Position numbers and translations under genes: made by a program. Shown here in pieces: positions 12,833 through 24,380 of a stretch of 64,000 nt of DNA. Each line of letters starts with the position of its first letter. Position 1 is the first letter of the stretch. Source of the DNA: Octopus vulgaris (lineage: Eukaryota). The stretch covers positions 83,018,001 through 83,082,000 of the forward strand of contig OX597814.1 of assembly GCA_951406725.2 (NCBI GenBank). The letters run 5' to 3'. Below the pieces are notes generated by a model that was not told where the DNA came from, did not search any database, and saw nothing but the letters and a program-made list of their open reading frames with translations.

Positions 12833-13045
12833 TAGCGAGCCGGCAGAATCATTAGTATGCTAGGTAAAATGCTTAGTGGTATTTCGTCTGTTTTCACATT
12901 CTGGTTTCATATTCGGCTGAGATCAACTTTGCCTTTCATCCTTTCGGGATTGATAAATTAAATAGTAGTGAAACACTGGGGTCGATGTATCAACTTATCC
13001 CCTCACCTGAATTTGTCGGCCTTGTACCAAAATTTGAAACCATTG
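12830..13045 (+). mobile_element. SINE family A
   Basis: GGTAGCGAGCCGGCAGAATC..GCCTTTCATCCTTTCGGG. Confidence 0.8.
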
Positions 13046-13611
13046 AAGCTTGTGTGTACCAATGTTGCTGGAATGAGTTATTGGTTTGTGGAAGCTGTGT
13101 GTAATGATTTATCAACACTAATCATACAGTTAAACATGATTTATTATTGCTGCACAAGTCATATGAAGTTGGTCATGCATTACAAATAGATGCGTTATGT
13201 CAGCTAGACAAAAGAAACATAATGCCACATGGATGCAAAGTAGCTGGATATCAAAATCACCACTGGGGTTGACTTAAACACAAGGATATATATACATGCG
13301 CTGCTTCATATCTTTTTCAACAATCGCATATTGGTTAAGCATGCAGTTGTTAGGACAACTAAGAAAGAGTGTGTATTTCGTACCACGACTAAAAACACAC
13401 TGGAGTTTGGCGTTGAAAAGGACTCTATTTATAGGCCTTGTAGGGATATGTTCTAGGACCTTCAACAATCATCTTTCATGAGATGTCTGGCTTCTGACCA
13501 CACAATAACTCGACTGCACATATGATCAAACCGTTGCTATATCGTGGCTTGAAATCCTCAATGTGACTTCACGAGTTCGTGTTCTGCTACACATTTATTA
13601 TTATTATAGTC

Positions 13612-14040
13612 AAGGCGGCAAGCTGGCAGAAACATTAGCATGCCAGGTGAAATGCTTAGCGGTATTTCATCTGCCGTTACATTCTGAGTTCAAATTCCGC
13701 CAAGGTTGACTCTACCTTTCATCCTTTCAGGGTCAATAAATTAAGTACCAGTTATTCACTGCGGTCGATGTAATCAACTTAACTCCTTTGCCTGTCCTTG
13801 TTTGTTCCCGCTATGTTTAGCCCAATGTGGGCAATAAAGAAATAAGAAACATTAATGCACCAGACAAAATACTTAGCAGTATTTCGTCCATCTTCACTTT
13901 CTGAGTTCAAGTTCCACTGCAGTCAACTTTGCCTTTCATCCTTTCGGGGTCGATAAATTAAGTACTAGTGAAATACTGGGGTCAATGTAATTGACTAAAC
14001 CATTCCCCAAAATGTCAGGCCTCGTGCTTTTAGCAGAAAG
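13612..14040 (+). mobile_element. Two tandem SINE family A copies (13612-13843, 13845-14040)
   Basis: Repeated TTCTGAGTTCAA..CCTTTCATCCTTTC..AAATTAAGTAC core. Confidence 0.8.
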
Positions 14041-14041
14041 G

Positions 14042-14042
<1 letters not shown>

Positions 14043-14092
<50 letters not shown>

Positions 14093-14103
14093 GTCATTGT
14101 TAT
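14043..14103. repeat. (TAA)n microsatellite
   Basis: TTA array. Confidence 0.95.
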
Positions 14104-14662
14104 CGTTGAGTGAGAGAGCAGCGCATGCTATCAAAGTGACACTGGGGTAAAATATACAAAGCCCAGTATACCCATCATGACTACCTCTCTGATAAGGGTA
14201 CACCAGGCACATGCATCATACCCATATATGTACGATATGGTGATCCCATACCAAGATAAACAGCACATGACCTTACAAGTGGGGCTCAGTTAGAATTTTC
14301 TTCAGGTCGAGTAGCCCATCACACTCAAAAGGTTCCTGAATAAGGATTGTTTAAGGATGACTAATGAAACACCCATGTTTTCAAAGTGAATTATCCAGAC
14401 CCCTGAGAATTCCTTTCAACACATGGCTATGATGCATCCCCACTACTTCTCCTCGCAATCAGAGATGCACATATCATCAGCCACTAAGAGACATGCTCAA
14501 CTGGTTATGGTCAAACAACTGACAAGCAAATCAGTGGTATTGAGCAGAATATTTGCTGTAGCCCATCTTTTATACTAAGACAAAACAATGTACATGATAA
14601 CACTTCCAAGCAGTTAAGATCAGAAGCCATGAGAGCCACTACCTGGTACTGCATCAAGGCAT
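14104..14662. mobile_element. About 560-bp non-coding element embedded in a (TAA)n array
   Basis: Complex sequence with sharp edges bounded by TTA arrays on both sides; no ORF. Confidence 0.5.
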
Positions 14663-14737
14663 TTATTATTGTTGTTGTTGTTGCTGTTGTTATTATTATT
14701 ATCCTTATCCTCATCCTTATTATTATTATTGTTATTA

Positions 14738-14778
<41 letters not shown>
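14663..14778. repeat. (TAA/TTG)n microsatellite
   Basis: Imperfect trinucleotide array. Confidence 0.95.
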
Positions 14779-14782
<4 letters not shown>

Positions 14783-15257
14783 CATTTCTTTATACAACCT
14801 TACACATTCTTCGCTTCATTTCGCAAGCTATCCAAACAACAGGGATATCTATCTAATTATAAGCAAATCAACAAATCGGAGTCACTATTTCCAGTGTAGC
14901 AGCAGAAGTCATTACACATCGTTTGAGAGTACTGGTTAAAATAGGATGGAATTTAGACATGGAAAATTTCAGATCTTAATTGACAGCAATCACAGTAAAG
15001 TTTATATAAACGTGTTTGTGAAAATGTGCATCGATAAGAGAATGAGATAATTTCTGTTGTGGATATGTGTTAAAGAAAATGTTCATAGATATATTCATAT
15101 TTTCGTGGTAATGAAGTAAAGTGTTGTAGAACAAATGTGCGTGATTAGTTAAGAGCCAACCATAAAGACAAAAAGTAGATAACATACGTATTTTAAGCTG
15201 GTATAAAGTTATTCTGTTGAGGCTAAAACAAAAACCTGGCTGTTAACATAGTCTAGG

Positions 15258-15260
<3 letters not shown>

Positions 15261-15313
<53 letters not shown>
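15261..15313. repeat. (GA)n microsatellite
   Basis: Perfect dinucleotide run. Confidence 0.95.
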
Positions 15314-15317
<4 letters not shown>

Positions 15318-15940
15318 TGGGAGAGTCGGCTTGGCCATAGTTGCTGGTACAGGAGTGCAATTTTTTCTAGTGTCAAATGAATGAGCCAAGAGAATGGAAA
15401 GACTTTTAGTCTGCTTAATACAGTCAAAAATAATCTCAACAACATACTAGTTTTCAATTGGCTAGAGTCACATGTCAAAAAAAACGTGTTGTCGACATGA
15501 ATTCGCTATAGACCGAAAATAGTGTAATCACAGTTCACAGAAAATTTCTTTCGGTAGTCACGAAGAGAATGCTTGGGCTGTATTCTCCAAATGAACCGTA
15601 AGCTTATCGTATGCTTCTTCATTTCATTAGTCATCACTTCACCCAATTGTTGAAAATGTCTGCTGGAGAAATATACTTGAGATACGTTATCCTGTCCACA
15701 GAAAATATATTTCATTACATCTTTTGCTACACCTTTTCCACTACAATATCTTTATTGAAGTTCAGCTCGAGTAACAAGCAACCTTCTTGACACTAAGATA
15801 TATGATCAATTTCAACCTAATGGTATCACTCAGCTGGCAAAATGACATTGCAATAGCGAGCGTTACTTGACAAGCTATGTCGCGGCTTCGTTTAAGCCCT
15901 CGTGCAATAAGCGACGTTTTGGTATTTCTCTGGTTTTATT

Positions 15941-16016
15941 AGCCAATCGGAGTCTGGTAATCAGACAAATATTTTTGACCATATAAACAGAACACAAGAC
16001 TATTTCCTTCTCTTGT
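15941..16016 (+). promoter_or_regulatory. Candidate Pol II core promoter (CCAAT box, TATA, pyrimidine-rich start)
   Basis: AGCCAATCG 15941-15949, TATAAA 15982-15987, TTCCTTCTCTT about 20-30 nt downstream; local CpG enrichment. No transcript evidence. Confidence 0.3.
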
Positions 16017-16634
16017 AGCTCCTTCGCCAGCCGGCTTTGGAAAGCTGTCACTTTGTCTTTCCAATGAATATTAGTGAAAGCAACACGTGTGACAAAACTG
16101 GACGTTCTCTTCTTACATTTTCAGCTGTCTGAAAAACAAGATATGTTCAGTTGAATGAGAAATTATTTGCCGATTTCTATTTTAACCCTGTTAAAAACAC
16201 GAATATTACATTATTTTTCTGTTTACTTCTTACGCTTGCATACGCTTGTCACTCAAAAAGAATTTTATCCTAAGAACAATCACTTAACATTATTTCTAGA
16301 AAGTTGAACTACACATTTGACCTTACAAACAAGAACATGTGTAGACGTACAAATATTTTTTTAATTAACGTCGTATGTGAAAACTTGCAAATTGTCTATG
16401 CAGAGATTAATGTCCAAACATATATGTTATTTTCTCACTGTATACATTACTGTCCATTTTCAATCTAATGTTGTAAGGATATGTTCTGATCTACTCATCT
16501 GGTGACACGTGGAAGCTAAAAGAAGACTGATATAAATAATTTATTGTGATTTTTTAACATTCTTTTGTTTTTATATATACTATCAAATTTAGGAAACATC
16601 ACGTTGAATAAAAAAAAACTTGGATTTTTTCCCT

Positions 16635-16904
16635 TAAACACTTTCAAACTTCGGACACTGGTAGAATGTGTTATATAAAACATCTTTTACTCTTAGTGTT
16701 GTTGAGAAAAGTTTCTATTTTCAAAGTTATTTCGTGTTAAAGTTGTCGTATTTCGGTAATTTCAACCAATCAATGACGTGTATTCAGCTGAATAAAATTA
16801 CCGCTGTTGTTTATCAACAGCAACTAACTGCGGTGTATATTTTATTTGTCACTGTTATTTTTATATGACACATTCTACCAGTGTCCGAAGTTTGAAAGTG
16901 TTTA
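16635..16904. mobile_element. MITE-like element with 46-bp inverted repeats
   Basis: TAAACACTTTCAAACTTCGGACACTGGTAGAATGTGTTATATAAAA (16635-16680) versus its reverse complement at 16859-16904, one mismatch. Confidence 0.75.
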
Positions 16905-17299
16905 GTTATAAAAAATTAATTTCTCAATCTGCCGTCCAAAGAAAAAAGATTCAAAAAACTTAAACGCCTTATTTTCTAAGATTTCTTCTTACGTCTATAT
17001 TAGTGTTATAAAAAATCTATTGACTGTTGAAACAACTTTCTAACGTTATGAATACGATTGCCTTCTATTGGATCAAACATTAATTGTCTAATATTTTAAA
17101 GAAATCCAAATTTTGAACTTAAGTCATGGAGCGATTTATGAAAGTGTTCAGGTTTCTACCATTATTTTCAATATAGACAAAATGCTTTGCAGTATCTCCT
17201 CCGTCTCTTTACGTGTTCTGCCTTCACCGAAATCACCTTTGCTTTTCATTTTTTTAGGGTCGGTAAAATATAGTGTTTAGTTTCATAATTTCTTTTTTC

Positions 17300-18250
17300 G
17301 CGGTGAATTCTGCGTTCTTAGATTTTTCATCAGGAATTTGTTTCTTCTAAGACGTATTTTTATTTCAGTACCCTATTCATCACATAGTTTCAGTCCAGCT
17401 TCAAATGATTCACTGGCCAATGATTCTCGATTGCTTAAATATAATCTCGAAGGGCCTTTAAATAATAAGCATCCTCATGAATGTTTATGGTATGGTCTGT
17501 TATGATCAATCTGAATAAGAATTTTATACCGAAATTTAAGCAAAACCAAAAATTATAAACCAAATTTGATTCAGCAACTACCTTACTTCACGTTACTTTT
17601 TGTGTCGAATGTTTGAATTTGATCCTCCATCATACTTTGCATAAGTTCCACAAAGATGGAAAAGTATTCATGAACAGGTTTCATCGCTCTATTTTGGAAC
17701 TCAATCGAGTTTCAAATTCAAACTCGACAACGACTGGTATAGTTTCTTTTCATGAATTGCCAACGGAGTGTTGCGTAGGAAAAAAATGAATAAAGCGACC
17801 GAATTACACCAAAAAATGCTACCATCAATACCAATATGGTTAGCAGCATGCACTTCAACCAAACTGAGAAAATGATTTTCGCCGTTTACAAAAATAGCTT
17901 TGCAATTGTTTTCATTAATTTTCTGTTGAATACTACTTTTATAATAGGCAGCATTGTCATAGATTGAGATCGACAGTCTTTTAACGGAATTTTGTGTCTC
18001 ATAAGTTGTTCCAAAATAACTTCCACCATATTTTCGGCATCCTTTCGTTTTAATTGGATAAATCCAAGAAAAGCCACTTATGAAAATTGTTTTCTCCTCA
18101 AAATCAATATCAACATAAACTGTTTTTGCTATTTGCTCTTGTTGTTTTGACATGAAGTAAAATCAAACATAAGGCTTCAGGAATGATATTTGCAACTTCT
18201 GGCGAAGAGTAAAACGCATTAGCTGAATACATTCAATCTGAACTCCGGAG
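17300..18250 (-). pseudogene. Second decayed hAT transposase fragment
   Basis: FLGFIQLKRKDAENMVEVILEQL..IPLKDCRSQS, YDNAA, AIFVNGENHFLSLV..HAA; frameshifted; no TIR found. Confidence 0.8.
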
Positions 18251-18714
18251 ATAAATATGACTAGCGAAAACCGTGGAATTCCACGGATATCGCTGGTGGA
18301 ACAGAAGTTTTGTTGATTGTTGTTATTATGATAGTGGAGATGACGGAGACTAGAAGGCAAGGTAGATGGACAGACAGAAGGACAACAGAGAGAGAAGCGG
18401 GGGATGGAGCAAGAAATTGTGACAAATGCTAGTTGAAGTGGCAACAGTGAAATATAGGAGAAAAAAAAGAAAAGCCGAGGAATTGATACAGTCGTATAAT
18501 CATACATACACGCGTGCGAATATACATATACATACATACCTACGTATGCACACACACAGAGAACAGTTATCAGTTTGTTGTGATAATGTTGATAGAGGGT
18601 TATTAATGTTGTTGGAGGTGATGGGGTTTTTTGTAAGCAGTAAAGAGTTGGCGACGAACAAAATATTTATTCCTGTGAACTGATATAAAAAAAAAAAGAC
18701 CCTGTGATTTAACG

Positions 18715-18986
18715 CAGTAGTTCCCAAACTTTTTCAGGCCGCCGTCCCCTTGGTCACATTCCTAAGCCCCTCCCCCCACTACAAATATAGACCACTTTCT
18801 GCAGCAAATTCAAAACAACTGTATTTCACAAATAAAACTTAAACCTAATTGATCTATTAAAATATTTTTTATTTTACATCTCTCAACCCATTTTGGCCAC
18901 CCATTATCACCCCACTTTTCTTTAACGCCCCCTGGATCTTTCCACCGCCCCCAATGGGGAAATACTGCCCACTTTGGGAACCACTG
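18715..18986. mobile_element. hAT (Charlie-like) MITE, 272 bp, perfect 8-bp TSD ATTTAACG
   Basis: TIRs CAGTAGTTCCCAAA / TTTGGGAACCACTG; TSD at 18707-18714 and 18987-18994. Confidence 0.92.
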
Positions 18987-19974
18987 ATTTAACGCATCCG
19001 TCGTAGTGCAAGTAGATGTCGTCGAGCGATGTCGCCGCCGCCACCGTCCCTAACTATCAACTACAAACAAAGAACATGTGACACACACAAACACACACAA
19101 AAAAAAAACAATAAAGAATATCACCACTGCTACTATCACTATTTACTATTTTTATCTCTTATTTTCTCTCTTTTTTTCTTTGCTGACTTTCCGTTTCTCC
19201 TTCGAGTTTACTTCCCTTAGTGTGGTACAAATGGTAGGTAGGAACGTACAATTGTATACAATACTTAAATATACCACAAGGTTCTTTCCCAAATTACTAA
19301 GTTATACTTTGAAAGACAAGTCTGGTTTTCAAAAGACACTTAATTCTCCTTTTATTACATAGGTAGGTGGGTTTACATTGAATGGTGATTCAATTAATAT
19401 TGATGAAAGACAGGTTTGTACAAATTATGATATTTAAAAAATGAGATATATTTAACTTCTGCTTCTTGCATTTTCGGTTGCTTGCTCATTTTCTTCTCCT
19501 CACTAAGCTTCTGCCCGTTTAGTGCTTTTGTGCAAAACTGGCAACTTGAATGAAAAAGACAAACACAGGAACTAAACTATTATTATATTGCAATGTACTA
19601 AAGTTTTAGAACTACAGTTTATTACTTAATTTCAGTTAATTACACAACTTTTGTAATTCTTTATGTACGGTTCAATAAAAGAAAACTGCATTGCCATTTG
19701 AGATACTGGTATAGACATTTTATAAAAAGCGGGTTATAAGATGTTTTATTTCGACTAAATATCTCAAGTGTCTTTCTTAATTCTACAAAGATACCTCTCT
19801 CTGTTTCCTTGATACACATAATAGATACGGTAACTAATGTTATCACAATATTTCTGTTTTTAATTCTTGTTTAAAGACTATGAACACAGTTCTTGTATAT
19901 TTCCCTTTCCTCCTCTCTTTCTCTAACAATGTATTTTCTTGCATACACATACACACATACACACACACACATCC

Positions 19975-20280
19975 CTAGTACTTATTTTAAGTCCAGTACT
20001 TATTCTATCGATGTCTTCGGCCGAACCTCTAATTCATAGGGACACAAACAAACCAGCATCGGTTGGTAAGCGATGGATACACACACGCGCGCGATAGGTT
20101 TCCACTCAATTTCAGTCTACAAAATTCACTCACAAGGCATTAGTCGGCCCGTGAGTGAATTTGGTTGGCGAAATTGTTCACTGTATGTATAAATAGTAGA
20201 AGACACTTTCCCAAAGTGTTGAACAGTGGGATAGAACCAGAAACTGCGTGGTTGCAAAGTGAGCTTCTTCACCACAGTCA
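19975..20280 (-). mobile_element. SINE family B
   Basis: AGTACTTATTCTATCG..AGTAGAAGACACTT..CAGTGGGA..CTTCTTCACCACA. Confidence 0.7.
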
Positions 20281-20554
20281 TTAACAATTATCAATAATAT
20301 AACAATGATACTTTTTCAAAAAAGTAAATTAACACAAACTTTCTGGAAGGAAGATTTTGTAATAAAACTCCCTTTCATCACGTCTGTGTTTACCAACGAG
20401 ATTCTATTTTAAAGAATCTTTTGTATAATTCATAATTTTTAATTTAACAAAATAATTATGTTTAAATGTTGTAACTGTATCAAGAAATTTCTCTAAAAAA
20501 ACTTGTGTGTGTGTATAAATATATACATATATACATACATACATATATATAATG

Positions 20555-20743
20555 CGTAGCCGTATTTCGTCTGCCGTTATGTTCTGAGTTCAAATTCCGC
20601 CGAGGTCGACTTTGCCTTTCATCCTTTCGGGGTCGATAAATTAAGTACCATTTACGCACTGGGGTCGATGTAATCGACTAAATCTCTTTGTCTGTCCTTG
20701 TTTGTCCCCTCTGTGTTTAGCCCCTTGTGGGTAGTAAAGAAAT
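20555..20743 (+). mobile_element. Young SINE family A copy, 5'-truncated
   Basis: CpG-intact GAGTTCAAATTCCGCCGAGGTCGACTTTGCCTTTCATCCTTTCGGGGTCG. Confidence 0.85.
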
Positions 20744-20759
20744 ATATATATATATATAT

Positions 20760-21073
20760 ATTTCGTTTTTGGATTTGGTTTGCAAGATTCTTTATATGAG
20801 TTTGTGTGTTGAAGCATATTCTATTGTGTCTGGGGAGAGTCATTTTCTTTTTGTGCCTTATTATGTAACACACTCACCGGTAAAACTTCCACGTTTTTCT
20901 TATTTTTATTGTTGACTCTGTCCATTCAATGGACAGAGTCAAAACTACTGAAAAGGTTGCAAGACGCAACGAAAATTTTAGGACAATAAAAATAAGAAAA
21001 ACGTGGAAGTTTTACCGGTGAGTGTGTTACATAATAAGGCACAAAAAGAAAATGACTCTCCCCAGACACAATA

Positions 21074-21074
<1 letters not shown>
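20760..21074. repeat. Perfect 92-bp inverted duplication with a nested palindrome (Penelope-like terminal repeat)
   Basis: 20821-20912 is the reverse complement of 20983-21074; spacer contains TTGACTCTGTCCATT-C-AATGGACAGAGTCAA. Confidence 0.85.
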
Positions 21075-21112
<38 letters not shown>

Positions 21113-21569
21113 CATTTCCTTGCTAAAGACAACACGTGCTTATACCTATCTCCTCTCATAAGCTCGTCTTCTTAGTGTTCATAATAATTTTCTATCGTCT
21201 TGACTTAACAGTCCTCACCGTTTGATTTAACTGTCTTGTTCTCACTGTCCTGTTTCACCCTCTGCAAAAAGTCCCAAATTTTATTGAATTTGCTTTACGG
21301 GAAGGACTGTTTCAATGAAGTCGCCTATTGTCCTTGCCTTCGGAAACGCGGAGTATGATGAAACAGGGACAACTGATGAAGGGGAATATTCTTTATGTTG
21401 CATGTCTCATTTTATGATTGTTTTTTCGTTGTCCGAAAAAAATTCGTTTTCTATGTTTTGGTTTTCGTTTTTCATTGTGTTCAACGTTTTTTGATGTCCT
21501 GTACCCATATATGCATGTATATATACATATATATGTAGGTATGTACATATATGCATATATATATATATA

Positions 21570-21950
21570 TAAAATGAGATAGGGGTTGTAAATTCAACCC
21601 TCCATGGGATAACATATATCCAATATACTGCTACTTACATTAGAATCTCCGAAGAGGCCGTAAGATATTTTTGTTAACGTCTCATTTATACCTGCAATAT
21701 ATGGCTAATATAGGTTAAATGAGACATACCTATCTGCATGGCCGAAACAGCTGTCAGTTATAATGTATATGTATTTTTATATCTTGTTATTTTATTTAGT
21801 TATATCGCATTATATTGATTGTAATTATTGTACTGTATTAATGTCTAATCTTAATGCTCTTGTGTAGTGTTTTAATAAAGTATATGATTCGGTATTATCT
21901 GATAGTTGATGAATGATTTAGATATATTTCTCCATTTTCTCATTTTGCAT
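21570..21950 (+). mobile_element. Penelope-like pseudo-LTR fragment between (TA)n runs
   Basis: Contains a hammerhead motif followed by a T-rich tract and AATAAA; TA-flanked. Confidence 0.6.
21644..21760 (+). ncRNA. Type I hammerhead ribozyme-like motif with extended stem II
   Basis: CCGAAGA (21649-21655), GGCC..GGCC stem II, GAAAC-AGCT-GTC (21744-21755); U4 replaced by C and stem I imperfect. Confidence 0.65.
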
Positions 21951-21953
21951 ATA

Positions 21954-22020
<67 letters not shown>
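21949..22020. repeat. (TA)n microsatellite
   Basis: Long TA run abutting the mariner TIR. Confidence 0.95.
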
Positions 22021-22021
<1 letters not shown>

Positions 22022-22922
22022 GAGGGGCTACCCAAAAGTAACCAGAAACGTTCCTTGTGGAACAAGTCCATTGTAGTTCAGGCTTTCGCCGCTAGAAGCC
22101 ACTTGATGTGAGTCTCAGGCATCAGTCTGCCGACCGGCATTGTCATGAGACGTCACACTGCAACGTGGTGCGTTTTTGTTTTGCAGTGCTTCTCCCCTGT
22201 TCCTCGATTTTTGCGATGGCTGAAATAAAGGAACAACGTGCTTCCGTGAAATTCTGTTTTCTGCTGGGGAAAACGGCACCGGAAACGGTTGTCATGTTTC
22301 AAACAGCTGACAAGAAGGCTGCCATGACCAAAACACAAGTTTACGAGTTGTTTTCACGCTCTAGAAATGGTCACTTGTCGCTTGAGGACCAATTTCGTTC
22401 AGGCCAACCGTCGGCCTATCGAACGATTGAAAACATCGTGAAAATTCATCAACTGATTTTGGAGTACCGTCACCAAACAATTGACAAACTTGTTGATATG
22501 ACTGGTATGTCCTGGAGCTCCTGCCAACGAATTTTGAGCGAGGTAATGCGAATGAAAAGAGTTGTAGCAAAATTTGTGCCTCGCTTGCCCACGGAAGATC
22601 AAAAGCAGTCACGACAGAATACGTGCCGTGAATTGAAAGAATAGTTAGAAGTTAATCCGGGCCTTTTACTTGAAGGTGATCGCTGGTGACAACAGCTGGT
22701 GCTACGGAATTTGCAAATGTAGAAGAGATGAAGAAAAAACGACGGAGATGTTAAAAAGCATCACTTCGCAAGAGTTCCAGGATTGCTTTGAATAGTGGAA
22801 AACGCGCCTGGACCGATGCATTGCTTTAAATAGAGAATACTTTGAAGCCTATAAAAGTGTAAACATGTAAAACTGAGTAAAATGATATTGTAAAATTCCA
22901 ATTTCTTTTGGGTACCCATTCG
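22021..22922 (+). mobile_element. Internally deleted mariner (Mos1-like) transposon
   Basis: Imperfect TIRs CGAGGGGCTACCCAAAAGTAACC / TTTCTTTTGGGTACCCATTCG, TA flanks; EQRASVKFCFLLGKTA HTH, KFVPRL linker, IAGDNSWCYG, then a jump to C-terminal FANVEEMK..WKTRLDRCI..EYFE. Confidence 0.92.
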
Positions 22923-23149
22923 TATATATGTGTGTGTATGTGTGTACGTGTGTATTTATATGTATGATTATGTGTATACGTAAATGTAACACACCACTGC
23001 CAATTATATATATATATGTGTGTGTGTGTATACTCATATATTTATAAAATGTGTGTACATATATCTATGTAATTATGCATATGTATCAGTGCATGTTTAG
23101 TACCGGTACATTTTCAAGATCATATTTTCGGTAAATATAACAATATAAT

Positions 23150-23222
23150 CATAAAATGGTGCCCTCCAAAATTTGGTACTGAGAGCATGTGCCCAACTTG
23201 CCTCGCCCTAGTTACACCACTG
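23150..23222. mobile_element. Isolated hAT-type terminus
   Basis: ..GCCCAACTTGCCTCGCCCTAGTTACACCACTG resembles a hAT end; partner end not found. Confidence 0.4.
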
Positions 23223-24084
23223 AACTGAAACATTTTAGGCCATATTCACCCCATTTCCCCTTTTCCAAACTTTGTATATTCAATAGAGCCTTCCATTTTC
23301 AAAGACAGCAGTGCGTGTGTTTTGAGGAAAATTTAGTTGCTATGTAACAATTAGAGTTACGTGTAGATGCTTCCCATTAATGTGTTTGCAGTTAGTGTAC
23401 TTGTGTGTAACTGGAAGTACCTACACTGTTGAAGTTGGCTGATATGGAACATAGAGAATAAAAACTGTTAAACAGATGTAGAAAAACTTCAACGGGTGAA
23501 ATTGTCACGTTCTGATTTCCTGGCGTAAAGACTTAAAACAGTTGAAGTTCTTTTTGTCAGCCAAAGTGATCTTTGGTAGCTGATGATATTTTCCTTACAC
23601 TTTCTTACATTCAATGCTGACATAGAAATTTGGTATTTTATCATCATAATTATTACATCAACGTCATTATGCAATTGCTTCTTTAATATTCCACATATAT
23701 TTTATGTGTTTTGTTAACTTTAGGAAGATAGTGAGATTTGTACAGAAATTAATTTCCTGCTGATCAGAGACAGTCACACGATTTTAATCTCAGTTTGAGG
23801 CAATTTCACACCATTTACTTTATTGGGACTCTTGGAAAATGTGTGAACGTCATAATTTCCATATTCCTGATTTATAGTTCTTGCTTAAGATTCGGATAGG
23901 TTTTGATATATTGACTTGACGATAGACTGCGTGTTGTCAATTTATTGTTATCAAAGTATATTACAATAGTCACATGTTTACATTGTTGCTAGCTTGTGGG
24001 GTATAGTGGTATGCTAGAATGAATATAAATTGTAATTACATTACTAACAGAAGAGATTAGTTTCGCGTGAGAGGCGGGAATAAT

Positions 24085-24380
24085 GTTCTGTCCATCATTG
24101 TCGAAGAAGCTTTTAAATCGGGGCTGAATTTCAGCCAAAGAAACTCACCAATTTAAAGGGCTTATTCTTTGTGCTTCCGAAGTGCGCCGCTCTCATTTGT
24201 ATGCGCACGTTGTTGCTGATATAACCACAAAAGTGCGGGAACTACTGGAGAAAAATAGAACATTCGGATCTTTTTTGTTTGGTTGCCACTTTTTAGTTTC
24301 TTCAGTTTTTGTTCCAAGTTAACTTCATAGTTGGCGTAGTTTTGTAAAGTAATCATTGACATGAAATTCATTTTTGCCAT
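24085..24380 (-). pseudogene. Possible decayed HMG-box sequence
   Basis: With several frameshifts reads KKDPNV..P..PALLWYISNNVRIQMRAAHFG..AL*IGEFLWLKFSPDLKA, resembling HMG box B spacing; by-eye alignment only. Confidence 0.3.

Noticed and set aside
14511-14899. Poly-Ile/poly-Leu ORFs
   Set aside because: TAA microsatellite.
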